Assembly (NCBI RefSeq): GCF_018350175.1
Contig: NC_058368.1
Location: 209,438,001-209,502,000, forward strand
From: Felis catus
Lineage: Eukaryota
Reading direction: 5' to 3'
Length of the DNA stretch: 64,000 nt
Shown here: in pieces, positions 35,161-47,899 of the stretch
Layout: every line of letters starts with the position of its first letter
How positions within the stretch are numbered: the stretch's first letter is position 1
The notes under the pieces: model-generated
Seen by the model: the letters and a program-made list of their open reading frames with translations, nothing else
What the model was told of the DNA's origin: nothing
The model's database searches: none
Program-made: the position numbers and the translations under genes

Positions 35161-36091
35161 CTAAAAATAAAAATAAAGAGTTTATAAGACATCACAGTAG
35201 TAAAAGCTCTGTATGTCTCATGACATATGTTAAAACTTGCTATATAACTGGGATATATGAATTCGGCTTTATAGGCCTTCCTATAAATGTCATGTTTTAG
35301 TGTTCTTTTAAAAATGATTAATCTTCCCTTAGATTTACCTTAAAGGAAAAAAACAAAACAACAACAAAAAAAATGAAGCATCAGCAAAAATACTGATGAA
35401 AAGGAAACAATTTCTGTGTGAAGTAAAGGTTCTTTAATCATACATAAAGGGCTCCTACACTAAGAATACCCACTTAAGATTATGATATATAATGCAAATG
35501 TATAATCCAGTAATTTTCCAAGCTTGACTGAATTTGCTATGTAAAGATAATATAGGGCAAAATATACTTTGCCTTTCATACTCAAAACCAGAAAAATATA
35601 AATTTTTTTGCAACACTGATATAGGGCTTCAATGATCAGACAGTTCGATAGCTAGTGTTCTGGTAACAGCCATATTTACTGGACTTCTAAGGTCAAGAAA
35701 CACCAATACTATGTTAAGTGAATCTGAATCAGCAGTGAGGAGACCTGAAAACAAACAAACAAACAAACAACAGCTTAAAAAATGTCAACACAGCACTAAC
35801 TGAAAAGGATGATCATGGATTAAACCCTGACTTGGGGGAGGAAAGTCCATAAAGAATATTACTGGCTCAGCTGGCAAAATCTGAAAATGGACTATATATT
35901 AGATAACACTGTATCAGTGTTAAATCTCATGAATTTGATGACTGCATTATGGTGTCGTAAGAGAATGTCCTTGTTTGTTCTTAGAATTCATCAGTGTGTT
36001 TTATTTCAGGACACAGGGAAGAACAAAGCATACTCACATATAGCATATTTTAGAAGAAGTTCCACAAAAAACAGGCAAAATAAAAATCTTA

Positions 36092-36305
36092 GGGGCGCCT
36101 GGGTGGCGCAGTCGGTTAAGCGTCTGACTTCAGCCAGGTCACGATCTCGCGGTCCGTGAGTTCGAGCCCTGGGTCAGGCTCTGGGCTGATGGCTCAGAGC
36201 CTGGAGCCTGTTTCCGATTCTGTGTCTCCCTCTCTCTCTGCCCCTCCCCCGTTCATGCTCTGTCTCTCTCTGTCCCAAAAATAAATAAAAACGTTGAAAA
36301 AAAAT
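36092..36305 (+). mobile_element. Young SINEC_Fc-type SINE
   Basis: CpG-intact head ggggcgcctgggtggcgcagtcggttaagcg, (CT)n tract and A tail. Confidence 0.95.
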
Positions 36306-36920
36306 TTTTAAAGGATACAGGCTTTTGGTTGTCTAGTAAATTCCCTTCTGTAGCTTATGGTACTCTCCTGAACATGTCAGACAGTTATACACTACTACGT
36401 CAGCATCAGCTGCCAATTCTCAGTGATGCTAATATATCTTTATTATGTCAGTTAGTCCTCACATCAGTGTGCTGAGGTATTAGGTAGGTGGTATTACCTC
36501 CAACTTACAGATGAAGGAACTGAGCTTAGGTAATATGATTTACTTTTCTATGGACTTACAATCCACCCTGTTAACAGATAATACTCTGAACCCCAGTTAA
36601 CTCTCTTGACATTACAGGCTATTGGTTCTTAGGGATAAGAGTCAATATGGATTAAAACAAACCATCCCTACTTAGAAAACTGATTCCAAGTACATATTCT
36701 ACCAATGTAAACTGGAAATGTGTTCGATAAAGACAATATTATGAACATATGGGTATTTTACAGTAACGACAACCTAGGAGATGGATTCTTTTTTATCCTG
36801 AATGGATAAAAAATTAACAACTAAGATGAATAAAGAACTAGTATTGTATAATCACAATGTCATCAAATGGTAACAAATCTGGTTCTTGCAGTAAGTGCTG
36901 CCACTATCAAACAGACTCAC

Positions 36921-37111
36921 CTGAACTGGATGGATAAGACCCTGGTTTAGCGTCAACGCAATGACATTCAGGGCAAAGTGGCGTACACTTGACTGGGTGT
37001 GAAAAAACGCCTCAAGCACCTGTTTGAGGTAAAGCTGCATGATGGAACTACTCATCCCTGAGGACACATCACCCATTTCTTTTAGATCTTCCTGTTTTGC
37101 AACTTTCTTCC
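36921..37111 (-). CDS. NIPBL: NIPBL exon 40 equivalent, 191 bp
   Basis: gcag|GGAAGAAA...GTTCAG|gtgagt; encodes WKKVAKQEDLKEMGDVSSGMSSSIMQLYLKQVLEAFFHTQSSVRHFALNVIALTLNQGLIHPVQ (ORF 36852..37151). Confidence 0.96.
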
Positions 37112-37229
37112 CTGCAAAAGGAAGTAAACATATTAAGAACATGTGTATCAACTTTACGAATTACACCAAATTAGGCCACACCCAAAAGTACAAAATTATA
37201 GGTAGTACTCTGGCTCAATGGCTCTTAAT

Positions 37230-37233
<4 letters not shown>

Positions 37234-37291
<58 letters not shown>

Positions 37292-37293
37292 CG
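37234..37293. repeat. (TG)n(CG)n microsatellite
   Basis: Directly visible in the sequence. Confidence 0.95.
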
Positions 37294-37528
37294 CCTCCAT
37301 GAGAGGCACCTGATGAGAATTACAATCCCTATCCTCCTGCAAAATGTTAATATCTGAACATGTGTTACATCATATAATACACATTATGTATACACATTAC
37401 ACATGTATATAGATACATTCGTATCTATCATATAACAGATAAGGAAATTCAGGTGTCTGGATTAAAAGAGTCGGACAGTATTCTAACTCTAGACACAATG
37501 TGAAATTTAAAAATACATCTTCACTTAC

Positions 37529-37702
37529 AGTCTCTGTCTGCTTGTTGCATACGTGTATCCTCTTCTTGTAGGTAGGTCTGGAGGTTTTTTAACACTTGTA
37601 TTTTTAAATTTACTGAGGAGTTCTTATCAGATAAAATGTTATTATATAGATTTTTCACCTCTTGCTCAAACATTAGACTTGGATGCTGAATAAAGGCAAA
37701 TC
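37529..37702 (-). CDS. NIPBL: NIPBL exon 39 equivalent, 174 bp
   Basis: ttag|GATTTGCC...AGAGACT|gtaagt; encodes GFAFIQHPSLMFEQEVKNLYNNILSDKNSSVNLKIQVLKNLQTYLQEEDTRMQQADRD. Confidence 0.95.
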
Positions 37703-37949
37703 CTAAAGAGACAAAAAAAATGTCTTGACATATTCATATTAAAATTAAATGTAATACTTAATGAAAATGTTTATAATTTATATGAAAGAGCTCCTTTTCA
37801 AACATTAAAACTTAAAATGACCAGAAGAATATATGCTAGTGGCCTTACCCAGAGAAGTATTAGAGCAGGTACTTCTTTCCCCATGAATTAAAAACAAGAA
37901 ATTGCATTTCAAAGGAGAATTTCACACAAGAGGAAACCTTGAGGAGGGA

Positions 37950-38170
37950 GCAGGGCCTAGTGGCTAGGGGAGTGGATTAGGAGTCAGGTGTCTTGGGTTC
38001 TATTCCTGGTCCACCACTGACTTGTAGTGTGACCTTGGGTGAGTCACATAATCTCTCTGTGCCTCAATTCTCCATCTGTAAAATGGGGACAATAATATTT
38101 ACCACCCACCTACCTCAAAGGGACGTTATCAGGATTTAAGAGGTAACGTCTGTAAACATTTTTTAGATCC
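37950..38170 (+). mobile_element. MIR-family CORE-SINE
   Basis: gggttctattcctgg...tgtgaccttgggtgagtcac...tctctgtgcctcaattctccatctgtaaaatgggga...cctacctcaaaggg. Confidence 0.85.
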
Positions 38171-39151
38171 CTAGAAGGTACTACATTGGCATTATTAAAA
38201 AAATAAATAAATAAATAAATGTGTGTGTGTATATATATCCATTTGATGAAACAGAAAAATTCTAAAATAAACTAGAGCTAATAATATCTTCCATTTATTT
38301 TTATGGCATTATAATGAAGCCACAATGCTGAATTCTATAACCATAATTTGATAAGTAGCAAAATAATACTATTCATGTTTATTTGTACAAAACACTTATT
38401 TATGTAAGACAAGATGAGGACCCTTAATGATAGCAAGTATTACTGATGCCAAATACAAACTAAACTCAAAGCATAGAGTGATCAGATAACTAGTCCAAGG
38501 TCACACAAGCAAGATGTCATTTATTAACTGGTCTAGAGGTAGTATTTTGTAGACAGTGCTACTTCTTCAAGTTAAAATTTGCACTATTTGTTCTCTGGAT
38601 TAACACTATAAGTTTACCCACTTCATATAACATATGTCCAGACTTAATATTCAAAGGTACACATTTGGCTTGAAGTTAACACTATTTCAATAGAACTTCC
38701 CTAAAGTAAGTGATATCTGAATTTTTAGTTGATTTGCTATGAAAGGGATGAAGGAGGACTAAGATTCTAAGATTTAAGTTTATTTAAAGAAATCAGTAAA
38801 CATTTAATAAGGTTTGGGTAACTAAAATTTTATTTCTCATTTTTGTTCAAAAGACTAATATGGACCACTGTTCATGCATATTAAATTATAAACATTGTTA
38901 ATGCTACCAAAATAAAATTTCTCTGATGAACAGAGTAGTTACATGACTTGCTCAAGGTCACCTAGAAAGTCACTGGCTGAGCCAATAATGGAACCCAGGT
39001 GTCTTAATCCCCAATCCTATAGTCTATATACCAAATCCTACTGTGAGTAGAAACATACTTAAATAAAAAAACAGTGTAGACTCACAATATTTCCAAATTT
39101 GCTCAACCTCTCAAACAACTAAAATTATAAAGAAATTTAGACTTAACTTAC

Positions 39152-39242
39152 CTAGACCAATGATAGCTTTTGTTTGTACTTCTTCATCTGAATGTTTTGT
39201 AAAATACATCAGTAATTCAAGTACTTTATCCTTTATGTTAAC
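39152..39242 (-). CDS. NIPBL: NIPBL exon 38 equivalent, 91 bp
   Basis: ttag|GTTAACATA...GGTCTAG|gtaagt; encodes VNIKDKVLELLMYFTKHSDEEVQTKAIIGL. Confidence 0.95.
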
Positions 39243-39759
39243 CTAAGGGGAATAAAAAAACACTTTAATGTGTATGAAGAAGAGTAACTTCTCTCAGTTT
39301 TCAATTATAAAAAGAAAAAGCCTAAAAGCAAACAATAAGAATTTCTGCATGTGAACTTTACTGAAGAATAAATCACAAGTTTATAAATCCATAAATTTTA
39401 GAATGGTGACATTCAAAATAAAAGTGTGTGACAAAGAAGCTTGTGTAAAATGCAAATTAATGTACTGCTCCTTCATTGAGGAAGTTAAAAAAAAAAAAGT
39501 CAGCTGCTTAACCCAGTGTGTCCACTGTTACAAAGCTGATATAACTTGTGTAAGCTTCTTATGACAAATCAGTAACAAACAGCTGGTTGATCAGAGGCTA
39601 GTCTGAGGACCAGGTTTTGGGTAGCACTGCTTCAGAATTCTCATTAAACCAGACTACTATAAAGCTGCTTTCATCCTGGGTCATTAGTAATTTTCAGTTC
39701 ACAGGGTCACACAGTCCTATTTTTTATAGCATACTAAGTAATTAATATTAGAATCGTAC

Positions 39760-39914
39760 CTTACTGTTGCCTTTAAAATCTTCTAGATCAAAATCAAAAT
39801 GCCGACATAGTGCTCCAACAGTGAAAAGGGATCTAAGAAGTGCTGGTTTGTTTGTCAGAAGTGAAGTGTTATTTGGATCCTCCTGGTGCTGACTTTTTAA
39901 TTTTGAAATGGCAC
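39760..39914 (-). CDS. NIPBL: NIPBL exon 37 equivalent, 155 bp
   Basis: ttag|GTGCCATT...AGTAAG|gtacga; encodes GAISKLKSQHQEDPNNTSLLTNKPALLRSLFTVGALCRHFDFDLEDFKGNSK. Confidence 0.95.
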
Positions 39915-40551
39915 CTAATAAAGATAAGTAATGTTTACTTATAATGTTTTATCCTTGAATTATCTTCAAATAATTATTGCTAAGTTGTTAGAGTTAAATT
40001 TTACTAATGTTCTTAAGAGTCACACACAGCTAGAATTATGACAGAATACCTTACAGCCTAAAAGAATTAATATAAGAAAAAAATGGTATTTAAATTTTAT
40101 TTTACATAGTGGGCAGAAAACTGACCAATAGTTACTTATGAGGTAAATTACTGAAGTGATTATATTCAGTTATTAAGGAAATACAAAAGATACTAGAAAA
40201 TATTGCTTCTGAGACAATCACACCTCTTAACAATTTGCTTGATGCTGTCTTTATCAGATGTGTTTTTAAATTTTTTCAACGTTTATTTGAGACAGAGACA
40301 GACCATGAATGGGGGAGGGTCAGAGAGAGAGGGAGACACGGAATCTGAAACAGACTCCAGGCTCTGAGCTGTCAGAACAGAGCCCGATGCGGGGCTTGAA
40401 CTCACGGACTGCGAGATCATGACCTGAGCCGAAGTTGTACGCTTAACCGACTGAGCCACACAGGCGCCCCTATCAGATGTGTTTTTAAAAAGGAGCTAGA
40501 CGCACTACAGGATCCATCAGAATAATTTCAAAGCCCAGGCACTGAACTTAC

Positions 40552-40645
40552 CATAGTATCTATTGAAACAGGCCCACACAAATTTAAAATTTTGTGTCAC
40601 TTTATTTACAACTGCTCCCAGACAGCTCACACAATGTTGCACTAC
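40552..40645 (-). CDS. NIPBL: NIPBL exon 36 equivalent, 94 bp
   Basis: ttag|GTAGTGCAA...TACTATG|gtaagt; encodes VVQHCVSCLGAVVNKVTQNFKFVWACFNRYY. The upstream intron is only 120 bp. Confidence 0.95.
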
Positions 40646-40765
40646 CTAAAAGATAACAAAATGTTACCATTTAGGCAAGAGTTAAAGACAAAAGTAAACC
40701 ATATGATTTAGCTAGCATTTGTGAATTTTATACTAATCAATAGAGACGGTACACTAAATACTTAC

Positions 40766-40906
40766 AGTCATGCCATATTTGATGATAAGCTTCATTAAAT
40801 CTTCTTCAATAGTAGCAAGGAAAGTTTCACTTGGATGCTCCATCAGTGGTACAACCAGCTCCAGGATTTTTGCAACATTGCAGATAACCATGAAATCATT
40901 TTGTGT
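40766..40906 (-). CDS. NIPBL: NIPBL exon 35 equivalent, 141 bp
   Basis: gtag|ACACAAAAT...ATGACT|gtaagt; encodes TQNDFMVICNVAKILELVVPLMEHPSETFLATIEEDLMKLIIKYGMT. Confidence 0.95.
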
Positions 40907-41520
40907 CTACAAGGATAAAATCAGTGTTTTATGAATATCAGAGTCTGACAAGAAAGTTTATACACTTTTATGAATTTGAGGGTTGAGGTATTATGAATGT
41001 CAAGTTTCAGTTAAAAAAAAAAAAGACTACCAGATGCTTTTCTTTTAATGTTTATTTTGAGAGAGAGAGAGAGAGAGAATGAGTGAGTGGGGCAGGGATG
41101 GCGGCAGGGGAGGGAGGGAGAGGGAAACAGAGAATCCCAAGCAAGTTCTGTGCTGTCAGCGCACAGCCTAATTCAGGGCTTGATCTCATGAACTGTGAGA
41201 TCATGACCTGACATGAGACCAAAAGCCGGACACTTAACTGAGCCACCCAGGTGTCCCAAAAAAAGACTTAAAAAGTTTTTTTAATCTACGTAAGGAAGAG
41301 CATAAGCCAGTATCAGGAACCTGGATTCTAGCTCTGCCACTAAGTTACCATGTAACCTCTCAGTCACTTAATCACAATGGTACAGTTATTCTTTTTTTCC
41401 CCGAAAACGTTAACACAAGCCAATTCTGAACAAAGATGTTTAACTCTTAACTGAGTATTTTACCAAGACTGATACTGTTTTTTAAGATCAGTATTTTTCA
41501 AACTGGAGTATGTTAACTTA

Positions 41521-41735
41521 GTAGTTCTCAACTGGAGGTGAGTGTGTCCCCATGGGGTATCTGGCAATGTCTGGAGACATTTTTGTTGCCCCAAGAGGGG
41601 AGTTGGGGGGTACTAATGGCATCCAGTGGACAGAGGCCAAGGATGCTGACAAACATCCTGTAATGCTCAGAACAGTTCTTGACAACAAAGAATAATAATC
41701 CAATCCTAAATGTCAATTGTGCTCAGGTTGAGAAG
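41521..41735. mobile_element. MER20-like hAT element
   Basis: gttctcaactggaggtga...tggcaatgtctggagacatttt...ggcatccagtgg...gaggccaaggatgctg...ggttgagaa. Confidence 0.85.
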
Positions 41736-43720
41736 TCTTCTGTTAACCCTTTTTATGACAGATGAAAATACAGAATCCCAGAACTAGATATAAGACTTCT
41801 TTATTTTAAAATTTGAAAAATTAAATTTTAATATTAAAAAAGTTTAAAACTTTTATTAAAAACTAAGCAGTTTAAAAAATAGGCAGAATATTTAAAAAAA
41901 CCAAAAGTTTATTAAAGAATTTATAATAAAGTCTCTTTCCAAAAAAAAAAAAAATCTCTTTCCCACTCCCCTATCCTCTTGTTACCCAGCACCCCTGCCC
42001 CAAGGCAACCAGTTACTAGTTATTTTTGTGAAGTAAGACATTCAATATATGTTTTTATTTAGTCAAGTTAATCACTCTTTTATTCTTAGCAACAGGTTAC
42101 TGACATTCATTTTGAACTTTTTTGAGCTGATTAACACGTGCCCACCTGACATTCATCCATCCTCTCATCATACCCATAGGATTAAGTAAAAAAAATAAGT
42201 AAGATGAGTACTTCTAAGTAGCACAGAAACCTTGTCGTTCCTTGCTGTCTCCCACTCCCACGTGCTTTAAGCAACAAGGGATGAGTTACAGTGGGTCTAG
42301 GGAGCGAAGAGTTTTTGTCAAAATAAATTCATCTAACAGCTAAAATTTTACTTTGAATTACTCTTATCAGCCTAGAAAATCAAGTAAAAGAAGTATCTTA
42401 AAATCTAGAAGAAGAATTTAAAGACGGAAATCGTGAAAGAAAAGGACAAAAGAACATAATATGAAGATAAATATCTGAAATGATTATAACATAAGATGTT
42501 TCAACATCTAAAAAATTTAGACTAAAGAGTTTCAAAAAAAGGAAAGAAAAAGAGCCCCACCAATTCAAAGGTAAAATGGTCAAATGACGTATAAATATAC
42601 ATGTACACATACAGTCAAATCACAGATAATTAAGTACAATTGGTTAATATCATAAAAAAGATGCTCAATCTTCTTGGAAATCAAGGAAGGGAAAATGAAG
42701 CAAAATGAACTATTGCTTTGCACCTGACTGGCAAAGAGTGTAAAAATGACACAGATGGTCCTTCACTGGTTTCCAAAGAGGCTCTAAAACAAGTCCACCA
42801 GCAATCAGGAAAAATCTATTAAAAACCCAAAACCAGAACCAAAAGAACATTCCCTTCATCTAGCAAGTCCATCCCGTAGGATGTATCCCAAAGAATAAAA
42901 AGCACCAGTATTTAAAGGTATATGAATAGGAATGTTTGTTAAGGAATTGTTTTGTAGTCCCTATCAATAGGAAACAATGTAAATATCTGCCAAATTGGGA
43001 AATGGTTAAATGTATCATAGAATATCCATAAAATGGGTAATCTATACACATACAATACGTATATGTACGACAGGTATATAACATAATCGGATTCTTTAAA
43101 GTTTATTTATTTTGAGAGAGTCAGAGAGCATGAGTGGAAGAGGGGCAGAGGGAGAGAGAGGGAGAGAGAATCCCAAGCAGGCTCTGCACCTTCAGCCCAG
43201 AGCCCGACACAGGGCTGGATCCCATGAATCATGAGATCATGACCTGAGCCGAAATCAAGAGTCTGACCCTTAACTATCTGAACCACCTAGGCACTCCATA
43301 ACCTGATTTTTAAAAACCCAGTCAACCAGTTATATATGTGTGCATGTGCACAATTACAGAAGCATGGATATAGTATGTAGGATAATCCAGGTTGTTTCTC
43401 CTGAGGTGAAGAAGAATAAAGATGGAGGTAGGGTACAAAAACCAAACATTTAAATGTGTCTAACACATAGGAGATGGCCTTATTTATATAAAAACTTCAT
43501 GTGCGTGTATAAAACTTTCTAACATTCATCCTTCCTTTTGGCATACCTACAGGGTCAAATAAAAATATATTTATAGATCCTTTTGTAGTTCATAAGTGTG
43601 ATGATTGGGTGTTCATGCTATTATGTGAAATGTGCCTCTCAAACCTTGTTACGACCTTGGCACATTACCCATCTGACATGATAAAAAGAACATTTATGTA
43701 TGTCTGCATGCGAGTGTGCG

Positions 43721-43752
<32 letters not shown>

Positions 43753-44919
43753 GAGATTACACAAAATGTTTTCAAAGTAATCTTGCTAAAAAAAAAAAAA
43801 AATACTGATTCAAACAAGGGCCATTTATGCAAGTTTCGTTATAGTCCTAGAAGCAAACAGACATGGGGTTGAATTCTAGCTTTGGGACTGGTCAGCTGTG
43901 TGATACTGGGCTAGTTATTTATATTCTCAAAACTTCAGTTCCTTATCTGTAAAGCTGAGATAATAATGATAATACTTCACAAGGTAAATGATATAATGTA
44001 CGTAAAATTTTTCACTGTATTTGGCACTGTGTTCAATAAATATTAGCCATTATTATTGGCCATAGAATACATATTAATCAATTTATTTCTGAATTTAATA
44101 CAAACCCTAAAGATAGAATTAGGGTCTCAGAAATTATTATAATGTTGTTTTTATACATATTTATCTTCTGGTTCTTAAAATTTCTCAGGACATCCTGAGG
44201 TTTTTCATCTAGAACTTCCTAATTTAGATCACCAGAAAACCCGACCACAGCAGCAAAACAAATCTTGTAGAGAAAACAGTTAAAATTAGCTCCTTAGGAA
44301 CACTGGGGACATAGTAAGTAAAAGAAACTTTACATTTTAAAGTTTTTAGAATATTTCAAAATTTAGTGTTTGTTAACAAGCCATTTAACTCACCATGCTG
44401 TCATATAAACTGCTGGATTATTTTATATAAGCAATGTTTTATTTGATTTTCACATTTTATCTTAGAATAACAGAGTATGTGCAATATTAATTTAAAACAG
44501 CCACCTAACATCTCTGATATACTAGATTTTCCATATTCAACCTACTGATGTATTAGAAAATAAATATACTCAAAATATACTGAAATGACAAATGAAAAGC
44601 AAATTCAGAATCTAAAAGAGTAAATTTCTGAGTGAGAGGAAGTCTGCCTCATTCACTCTTGAGGTCTTAACAATAGTTACAACATTTAGGAAGCATTTAA
44701 AAAGCATTTAACTTGAGGAGGTTATGGAGAAATGAAGTCAGAACTTCATTTTTAATATATCAGAAAAATGATGTCTTATATAACTTGCCACAAATATTAG
44801 AACATATATTTGAGTACATGACACAGTCGATCATTTAAAATGTGGATGACACAATGTGAATTCTAAATTTAAAATACTACATGGTAAGACATAAAAAAAG
44901 AGGACAGCTCTATACTTAC

Positions 44920-45056
44920 ACTACATTTAGTGGTAAGGTATGGCTGCATAGTCATGGCATGCTTAACCATGAGCTGAGGTCTTATTTTGCTGAATAAGAA
45001 CAAAGTGGTTATGCAAGCTACCAATCTTCCAGAATTCACACCTTTATTGTCAGAGT
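44920..45056 (-). CDS. NIPBL: NIPBL exon 34 equivalent, 137 bp
   Basis: ccag|ACTCTGAC...TGTAGT|gtaagt; encodes DSDNKGVNSGRLVACITTLFLFSKIRPQLMVKHAMTMQPYLTTKCS. Confidence 0.95.
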
Positions 45057-46582
45057 CTGGAAAAACAGAGAAATAAGATACTAAAATACGACAAGGCAGT
45101 GGAAATTATACAGATTATTTAAATTACTCAATATTATCCCCTGAACTGATTCAGTACATACTTCAATAAAAGATTAGCATTTCTTATGATACTAGACTTC
45201 CTACATTTTTTTTTATTATACATATTACATACATTAAGAATAAAAGACCAAAGAGGCTCCACTATGCAAGGCAAATTTTACACTGAGTGGTGGAGGACTG
45301 AAGTTAAAAAAAATAGAATGAGTTAAGAAGTTTAGGAATGGGCTTTTGGGAATAAACATGGTGTTTCTTGTATCTAAAAATGGATGGAAGTCAGTATGGG
45401 CAAGTTAGCAAAGCAGGACAAAAGCAATTTAGCTGAGGTGATACCGTGTTTGAAGGCACTGGGAAAAAAGCAAAGCTGCAGCGGGAGAAGAATGTTAAAA
45501 GACTGGAGTGACAAATTAAGAAGCTGGACCAGGGCTACATCAGAAAGGTAAACCCACTGCTGCTCCAGTGGGAGGAAAATGCTGTTAGTTAGGAGATACA
45601 ATGGTTCTTAGGAGGCAAATTAGTTTTTAGAAGAGATTAACAATTTTCAACATTAAGTGACAACAGTATCACCCTTAAAATCTAGGAGAGGCAAAAATAA
45701 GGGAAACAGAACTAGGAGATAAAAAGAAAAAGAGGTACACATGGAAAATGAAAAAAAAAGTTAAAGAAAAAAAAGGCATAAAAATATAAAAGATACCACC
45801 AATTTCCTTAGGTGCCATCATGGTACCTCTGCAAGAGGCAACTGGCCCCCAATTCTGGAGGATGACCAAGGCTGACTAGTGTTCCTCATCAATGTACATT
45901 AGGAGATGGGAAGTAATGTTAGTCTTGGGTGCTTTAAGTAAGAGATTATCAATTATAGCTTTTACAGTTTTATATATTTACTTATAATCTGATTAATAGC
46001 TTCAGATTTGTGACTGTTAAATAATGTAATAGATAATATAAAATATTAAGCATTTAAGGAATTTGTCAATTTAAAAAATATTAGCTGCTTTATCTAGCTC
46101 AAGATTAAGCACATTTTACATAACAATTATAAATGATATTAGGAATGTACTACAAATCTTTTAAAAACATTTTTATAATAGTTAAAACAGTTTCATTTTG
46201 AGAGAAAGTTTTTTATCATTTAAAAGATACCAAACAGTTTTAGGATGAGTGCAACTAACTAAATATATATTAGCCCCTGGACTTTTACGTCTGTACAACA
46301 TGACATCTAAAAGATAATGTAGAAGAGATGAGGCCTAGGCTTTTATTATACTGCTCTAGGTAATCTTAGTTAACCTAAACAATATAATCTAGGATGTAAC
46401 ACCAAATGAACAACAACACAAAAAAAAAAACCAACCAAACAAAAAAACCCCACCTTCATTTAAAAGTGAAGTAGTTAATTATTAGGCTAAGCAGAACCAG
46501 AGGCAAAATTGAGAAATGTGCCCAAAGTATTTTAAAATATCTTATAAAATCAACTTAATGACCAATATATAAAATGTCTTAC

Positions 46583-46691
46583 CAGCTAGAGATTCCTCAT
46601 ATTTAAGAATGTGCTCAACTAGGTTATCAACAAGTTGAGTACAAGCTTTCTTCACAGGTTTATATGAGGAATCCTCTTCGGACTTCAACAA
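46583..46691 (-). CDS. NIPBL: NIPBL exon 33 equivalent, 109 bp
   Basis: atag|TTGTTGAAG...CTAGCTG|gtaaga; encodes LLKSEEDSSYKPVKKACTQLVDNLVEHILKYEESLA. Confidence 0.95.
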
Positions 46692-47384
46692 CTATATATG
46701 TATATATATAAAAAAAAAATCCCAGTATAATTATTCATTAGGCAATAATAATATAAACGCATTAAATGTGTCCATAATAAGCTTTTCAATTTGTCATTAA
46801 CAATATGGAAAATGCAAATAAACAAAAATATATAGCAAATGTTTTAAAATATCTTAAAACCAGTAATTTATAAATACTTTCAAGCAATGTTAGTATGGAG
46901 TATTTAAATTGCTGTGTGTAGGAACTGAGGTACGATATGAGAGAAATGAGAAAGGTGACCTTCCTTAATGCCCAATGCTAGTTGAAATATTTTAAAGAAT
47001 TAGAATTCTATTCCTCATTATTTCAAATCCTTTGATATCTCAAAAAAGTAAGAGTTAATTATACTTTCTATATAATTATAACGTCATCTGAATTGCATCT
47101 TAAATTTTAAAATTATAAAATTGTAAAACATAAGGCTAGATTTCTTTTCTGTATTATCCTTTGCCAAACTATGAATAAACAATGTTAGAAAAGTGTTGGG
47201 AATGATGAGATGAGGAGAAAAGATCGGTCTAACTATGGCCAAAAAGTAAAACCAATTCAAACTTTTACAAGCACAGGTCAGTTGTAAAGTCATCTAAGGT
47301 ATATGTTTTCTTAATACAGATTAGCAAATACAACTTTGGGCTATAAAGAAGTTGAAGTGTATATGTGATTTTCATGAAGAGTTC

Positions 47385-47575
47385 CAGTGCTGTCCAATAT
47401 AACTTGCTGCAGTGATGGAAATGTTCTGTATCTGTGCTGTCCAATATGGTTGCCACAAGACAAATGCAGCTACTGAACACATGAAATGTGGCTAGTACGC
47501 CTGAGGAGTTAAAATTAAATACAAATAAAAATTCAAATTAAGTTTAAAAAACACATGTGGCTAATATTGGAAAGC
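47385..47575. mobile_element. MER3-like hAT element
   Basis: cagtgctgtccaata...gatggaaatgttctgtatctgtgctgtccaatatgg...gaaatgtggctagt. Confidence 0.8.
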
Positions 47576-47899
47576 TCAAGTTTAAACCTTCACTACAAGA
47601 TGCATGAATGATTCAAACAGTTGACAGCAATCAGAATAACATAATGCATACACTGCCCTCATCCTCTTCAATTTAAAGAAAGAAAGAAAATTTCAATTTT
47701 TAGTTTTTTCTCTGTACAGCAAATTCTCCTTGTCCTGCTCTATAACTCAATTCCTTAAGCAGCTATTAAAACTGCATGCTAGCCTCTTCCAGGCAGGAGC
47801 AGAAAATAATCCCCTCTTGTTTTTTCATCTCCAAGATATAAAGTGTACACAATAGTATAAATACATATTGCTATGTGCCCTTTTAAGTGATTTACTTAC

